Assembly (NCBI GenBank): GCA_018712665.1
Contig: DVGP01000262.1
Span: 1 to 41,542, forward strand
Direction: 5' to 3'
From: Candidatus Pelethomonas intestinigallinarum
GTDB taxonomy: Bacteria > Bacillota > Clostridia > Oscillospirales > Oscillospiraceae
DNA: 41,542 nucleotides
The translations under genes were made by a program, and so were the position numbers. The notes under the pieces are model-generated. The model was given only the letters and a program-made list of their open reading frames with translations, searched no databases and was not told the origin of the DNA. This document shows, one piece after another, positions 38,889-41,542 of this stretch. Numbering within the stretch: the stretch's first letter is position 1; each line of letters starts with the position of its first letter.

Positions 38889-41542
38889 ATGATCGAGGTG
38901 CTCCTGACCTCGTCGGTACTGATCCTGGCGCTGGTCCTGCTGCGGCGGGGCCTCCGGGGGCGGATCGACCCCCGGCTTCAATACGCCCTGTGGCTGCTGG
39001 TGGTCCTGCGGCTGCTGATCCCCGGCTCCCTCTTCCCCGCCCCGCTGACGGTGTCGGGGGCCCTGTCCGACTGGGAGGCGTCCCTGGCGGCGGATGACAC
39101 GGTCCCGGCCTCCGCGGCGGATGCCCCAGCCCAAAGTCCGGCGGCAGGCGCCTCCTCCCAGCCCACCGGAGCGGATGTGACAGCCCTCCCGGTACTGGGG
39201 CCCCTGTACGACGTCTACACCGAAGAAAAGGACTTCCCCCTGGGGACCTCCCCGGACCAGTGGCTCCAGGAGGCCCCCGGCGAGGATTACACCGTCAACG
39301 GCGTGGAGGTGGATCTGGAGCAGGGGAAGCAGACCGTCACCTACAGCCAGTACGACAGCGTCTGGTCCATGCCCTTCTGGCGCTGGCCCCTGTACGCCGG
39401 GACAGCCCTGGTGGGGACGATCCTGCTCCTGTCCAACCTGAAATTTTACCTCTCCCTGCGGAAGCGGCGGCGGCGCATCCCCCCATCGGAGCTGCCCACC
39501 GCCTGCGGGGCCCGGGTGTACCTGGCGGAGGGGCTCGCCTCCCCCTGCCTGGTGGGGCTGCTCCGCCCGGCCATCTACCTCAATGAGGCGGCCCTGGCCC
39601 CCGGGCGGCTGGAGCACATCCTGGTCCACGAGGAGACCCACCGCCGCCACGGCGACCAGCTGTGGGGGCTGGCCCGGGGCGTGTGCCTGGCCCTGTACTG
39701 GTACGACCCACTGGTGTGGTGGGCGGCGGTGCTCAGCCGCCGGGACTGCGAGCTGGCCTGCGACCACAGCGCCATCCGGCGGCTGGGGGAGGACCGGCGG
39801 CTGGACTACGGCCAGACCCTGGTGTCCATGATCGTCCCCGGCAGGCCTCTGACGGGGCTGCTGCGGACGGCCACCACCATGAGCGAGGGGAAACGGACCA
39901 TGAAGGAGCGGATCGCCCTTATCGTCCACCGGCCCCGGATGCTGAAGGTCACCCTGGCGGCGGTGGCGGTGATCGTGGCCGCCGTGGTGGTGCTGACCTT
40001 CGGCGGCAGCTGGGAGGACGCTCAGGCGGAGGCCGGCGCCGTCGAAGATCCGGCGGAAACCGGCGGCGCCCAGCCCGCTCCCGGCATCGCCGAGGCGGAG
40101 GCTCCCGCCTTCTATCAGGAGGCCCGGACCGCCTGGGACTGGTTTGAAACCGGCTCTCTCCCCACCACGGAGGAAGTCCTGGAGACGGCAGGCAGCAGCT
40201 ACCTCCGGGTGGAGGGCTTCAACTCCCTGGCGGAGCTGGAGGACTACCTGCTGACCCTGTTCACCCCGGAGCTGACGAGCCACCTCCTCACCAACTATCA
40301 GCCCTTCCAGGAGACAACGGGCGGGCTGTTTGTCCTGCCCGGTGGGCGGGGAACCAGCATCTACGCCGGGGAGGAGGATGTCCAGGCCTTTATCTATACC
40401 GAGGCGGAGGCGGAGCGGTACGGCTGCGACGGCCACGTCACGGCCTCCACGGAAGTCCTGGGCGAGGACCTGTCCACGGTGCTGTACAATAAGCGCCACG
40501 ACTGGTCCTTCGCCTGGAATGGAGAGAACTACGTATTCACCTCCTTCGGTCCTTGGGACGACGGAGACCCCCAGGTCTACTACAACGCCCAGGAGATCAT
40601 GGCCCGTATCCAGCAGGGGGATGATCCCTCCATCTGGCTGCCCCTGCTGGAAAATATGGACTGGGGAGCCATGGCCCAGGCCGGCGGCGAGGACTATGAC
40701 CTCTGCGCCGAAGCGCAGGGGGCCCTGTACAATTATATCACCGACCACGGGGAGACTCTGACGGAGGACGAGTACCGGTACATTCTCTCCGCCTCCGAGG
40801 GCCTGGACGGCGCCTACGCCGAGGGATATCAATATGATGTATGGCGGCTGTACCTGGCCCAGCCGCCACAGTTTGCCCAGGTGGTGGAGGAGTTGACGGC
40901 GGAACACCAGGCCCGGATTGTGGACTTCTTCCGCTACGAGGAGGCGAACCATCGGGACAGCGAGGACTACGAGCCCATGACAGCGGAGGAGGCCCTGGAG
41001 TTCCTGCAAATCAGCTCAGTTGTCCACTCCACCATCTCCAACATTCCCATTCTCTCCTCTACCACCTATGACCACCCCAGCGGCATGTTCTCCCTGTCCC
41101 TGCCGGAGGAGTGGGTGGGCAATGTGTCCTACGTTGAGATGGAGGATAGTGCAGCCTTCTACACGGAGGCGGATTTCGAGCTGCTGATCAGCATCCATCC
41201 CCAGCCGACCTCCTGGGTGGAGGCCAACCTCTCAGAAAACATAATCTCCCTGAGCAGCTTTGACACCAACGGCGTACCACACCAGTACATTCTGGAGTAC
41301 AGCCTTTCTGATGCAGCAACTCGGCAGGATGAGGAGCTGTTCCAATCCCTTCTGGCCCAGGTGGACCAGATCGGCTTCCGGTCCTCCGTCACCCCCGAAC
41401 TCATCGACCAACTGGTCCACGACAGCTACGAGAGCGACATGGCCGCGGCCATCGCCTACCTGCCCTACCTGTCCTGGTCCAGCTACCGGGACACCTACGG
41501 CGAGAGCGACATGTTTTCTCTGCTCTCGGCTCTCCGAGAATA
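38889..41542 (+). CDS. BlaR1/MecR1-type M56 peptidase signal transducer with a long non-PBP extracellular C-terminal region; the 3-prime end lies outside the window
   Basis: Absent from the ORF track because there is no stop before the window end. Hand translation from the ATG at 38889 (after AAGGAGGGATAAGGT) gives MIEVLLTSSVLILALVLLRRGLRGRIDPRLQYALWLLVVLRLLIP.... The M56 zinc motif HILVHEETHRRHGD and CELACD are present. A TM helix (VTLAAVAVIVAAVVVLTF) is followed by more than 480 aa of acidic ectodomain. The 827-aa antisense ORF 38526..41009 is its shadow. Confidence 0.85.
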   Translation, partial: MIEVLLTSSVLILALVLLRRGLRGRIDPRLQYALWLLVVLRLLIPGSLFPAPLTVSGALSDWEASLAADDTVPASAADAPAQSPAAGASSQPTGADVTALPVLGPLYDVYTEEKDFPLGTSPDQWLQEAPGEDYTVNGVEVDLEQGKQTVTYSQYDSVWSMPFWRWPLYAGTALVGTILLLSNLKFYLSLRKRRRRIPPSELPTACGARVYLAEGLASPCLVGLLRPAIYLNEAALAPGRLEHILVHEETHRRHGDQLWGLARGVCLALYWYDPLVWWAAVLSRRDCELACDHSAIRRLGEDRRLDYGQTLVSMIVPGRPLTGLLRTATTMSEGKRTMKERIALIVHRPRMLKVTLAAVAVIVAAVVVLTFGGSWEDAQAEAGAVEDPAETGGAQPAPGIAEAEAPAFYQEARTAWDWFETGSLPTTEEVLETAGSSYLRVEGFNSLAELEDYLLTLFTPELTSHLLTNYQPFQETTGGLFVLPGGRGTSIYAGEEDVQAFIYTEAEAERYGCDGHVTASTEVLGEDLSTVLYNKRHDWSFAWNGENYVFTSFGPWDDGDPQVYYNAQEIMARIQQGDDPSIWLPLLENMDWGAMAQAGGEDYDLCAEAQGALYNYITDHGETLTEDEYRYILSASEGLDGAYAEGYQYDVWRLYLAQPPQFAQVVEELTAEHQARIVDFFRYEEANHRDSEDYEPMTAEEALEFLQISSVVHSTISNIPILSSTTYDHPSGMFSLSLPEEWVGNVSYVEMEDSAAFYTEADFELLISIHPQPTSWVEANLSENIISLSSFDTNGVPHQYILEYSLSDAATRQDEELFQSLLAQVDQIGFRSSVTPELIDQLVHDSYESDMAAAIAYLPYLSWSSYRDTYGESDMFSLLSALRE

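Noticed and set aside
38526-41009. 827-aa minus-strand ORF
   Set aside because: It is antisense to the BlaR1-like gene, which has the M56 HExxH motif, TM helices and an RBS but is missing from the ORF track only because it has no stop inside the window. The antisense product is G/P/R/Q/H-rich, with no motifs.
1-41542. Scan for CRISPR arrays, tRNA/rRNA genes, transposases, integrases, toxin-antitoxin pairs or known defence-system genes
   Set aside because: Nothing of the kind was seen. There are no regularly spaced direct repeats, no cloverleaf-like conserved tRNA motifs, and no nuclease, helicase or recombinase ORFs. The only repeat family is the hairpin-bracketed element reported above.

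Overview
GC-rich, densely coding chromosomal segment. It looks like a spore-forming Clostridia genome, possibly an Oscillospiraceae-type gut anaerobe; that assignment is inference from gene content and composition only. I support about 38 protein-coding genes, and most are housekeeping.

Gene content, left to right:
- M29 aminopeptidase (partial)
- a minus-strand run of ABC exporter, YlmH-like S4 protein, DUF896 and XpaC-like membrane protein
- abrB, then spmA-spmB
- a complete spore-germination locus: two tandem Csp subtilisin-like proteases, divergent from sleC, which is followed by a leaderless Cu/Zn-SOD-like gene
- a MarR / Fe-alcohol dehydrogenase / aldehyde dehydrogenase operon
- an alpha/beta hydrolase and pyruvate kinase
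- a frameshifted, lower-GC remnant of an InlB-B-repeat surface protein
- a LeuA/NifV-family (probable Re-citrate) synthase with a GntR regulator
- a CAT-family acetyltransferase and an OmpR/histidine-kinase pair
- ireB, cobO, pncB and a type II pantothenate kinase
- an LCP protein, then a DUF4367 anti-sigma factor with an ECF sigma factor
- YcxB-like and DUF3298-like proteins
- a five-gene branched-chain amino acid (Liv-type) ABC importer
- a BlaI/BlaR1-type pair whose sensor has a long non-PBP ectodomain and runs off the right edge

I saw no rRNA, tRNA, CRISPR array, transposase, integrase or recognisable defence gene.

The most unusual thing I can see directly is a roughly 200-bp structured repeat with imperfect terminal inverted repeats. 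It is present twice (about 24.3 kb and 32.8 kb). Each copy sits in a convergent intergenic region, exactly between two near-identical copies of that locus's own GC-rich terminator hairpin.

Other points worth a second look:
- perfect palindromic operators fused to near-consensus promoters (MarR operon, GntR/synthase operon)
- a 128-nt overlap between the ADH and ALDH genes
- a structured, terminator-containing leader and a CodY-like box upstream of the liv operon
- two Csp paralogues that both keep an intact catalytic triad

All product calls come from motif and sequence recognition by eye. No database search was possible. The many long ORFs antisense to these genes are GC-driven shadow ORFs.
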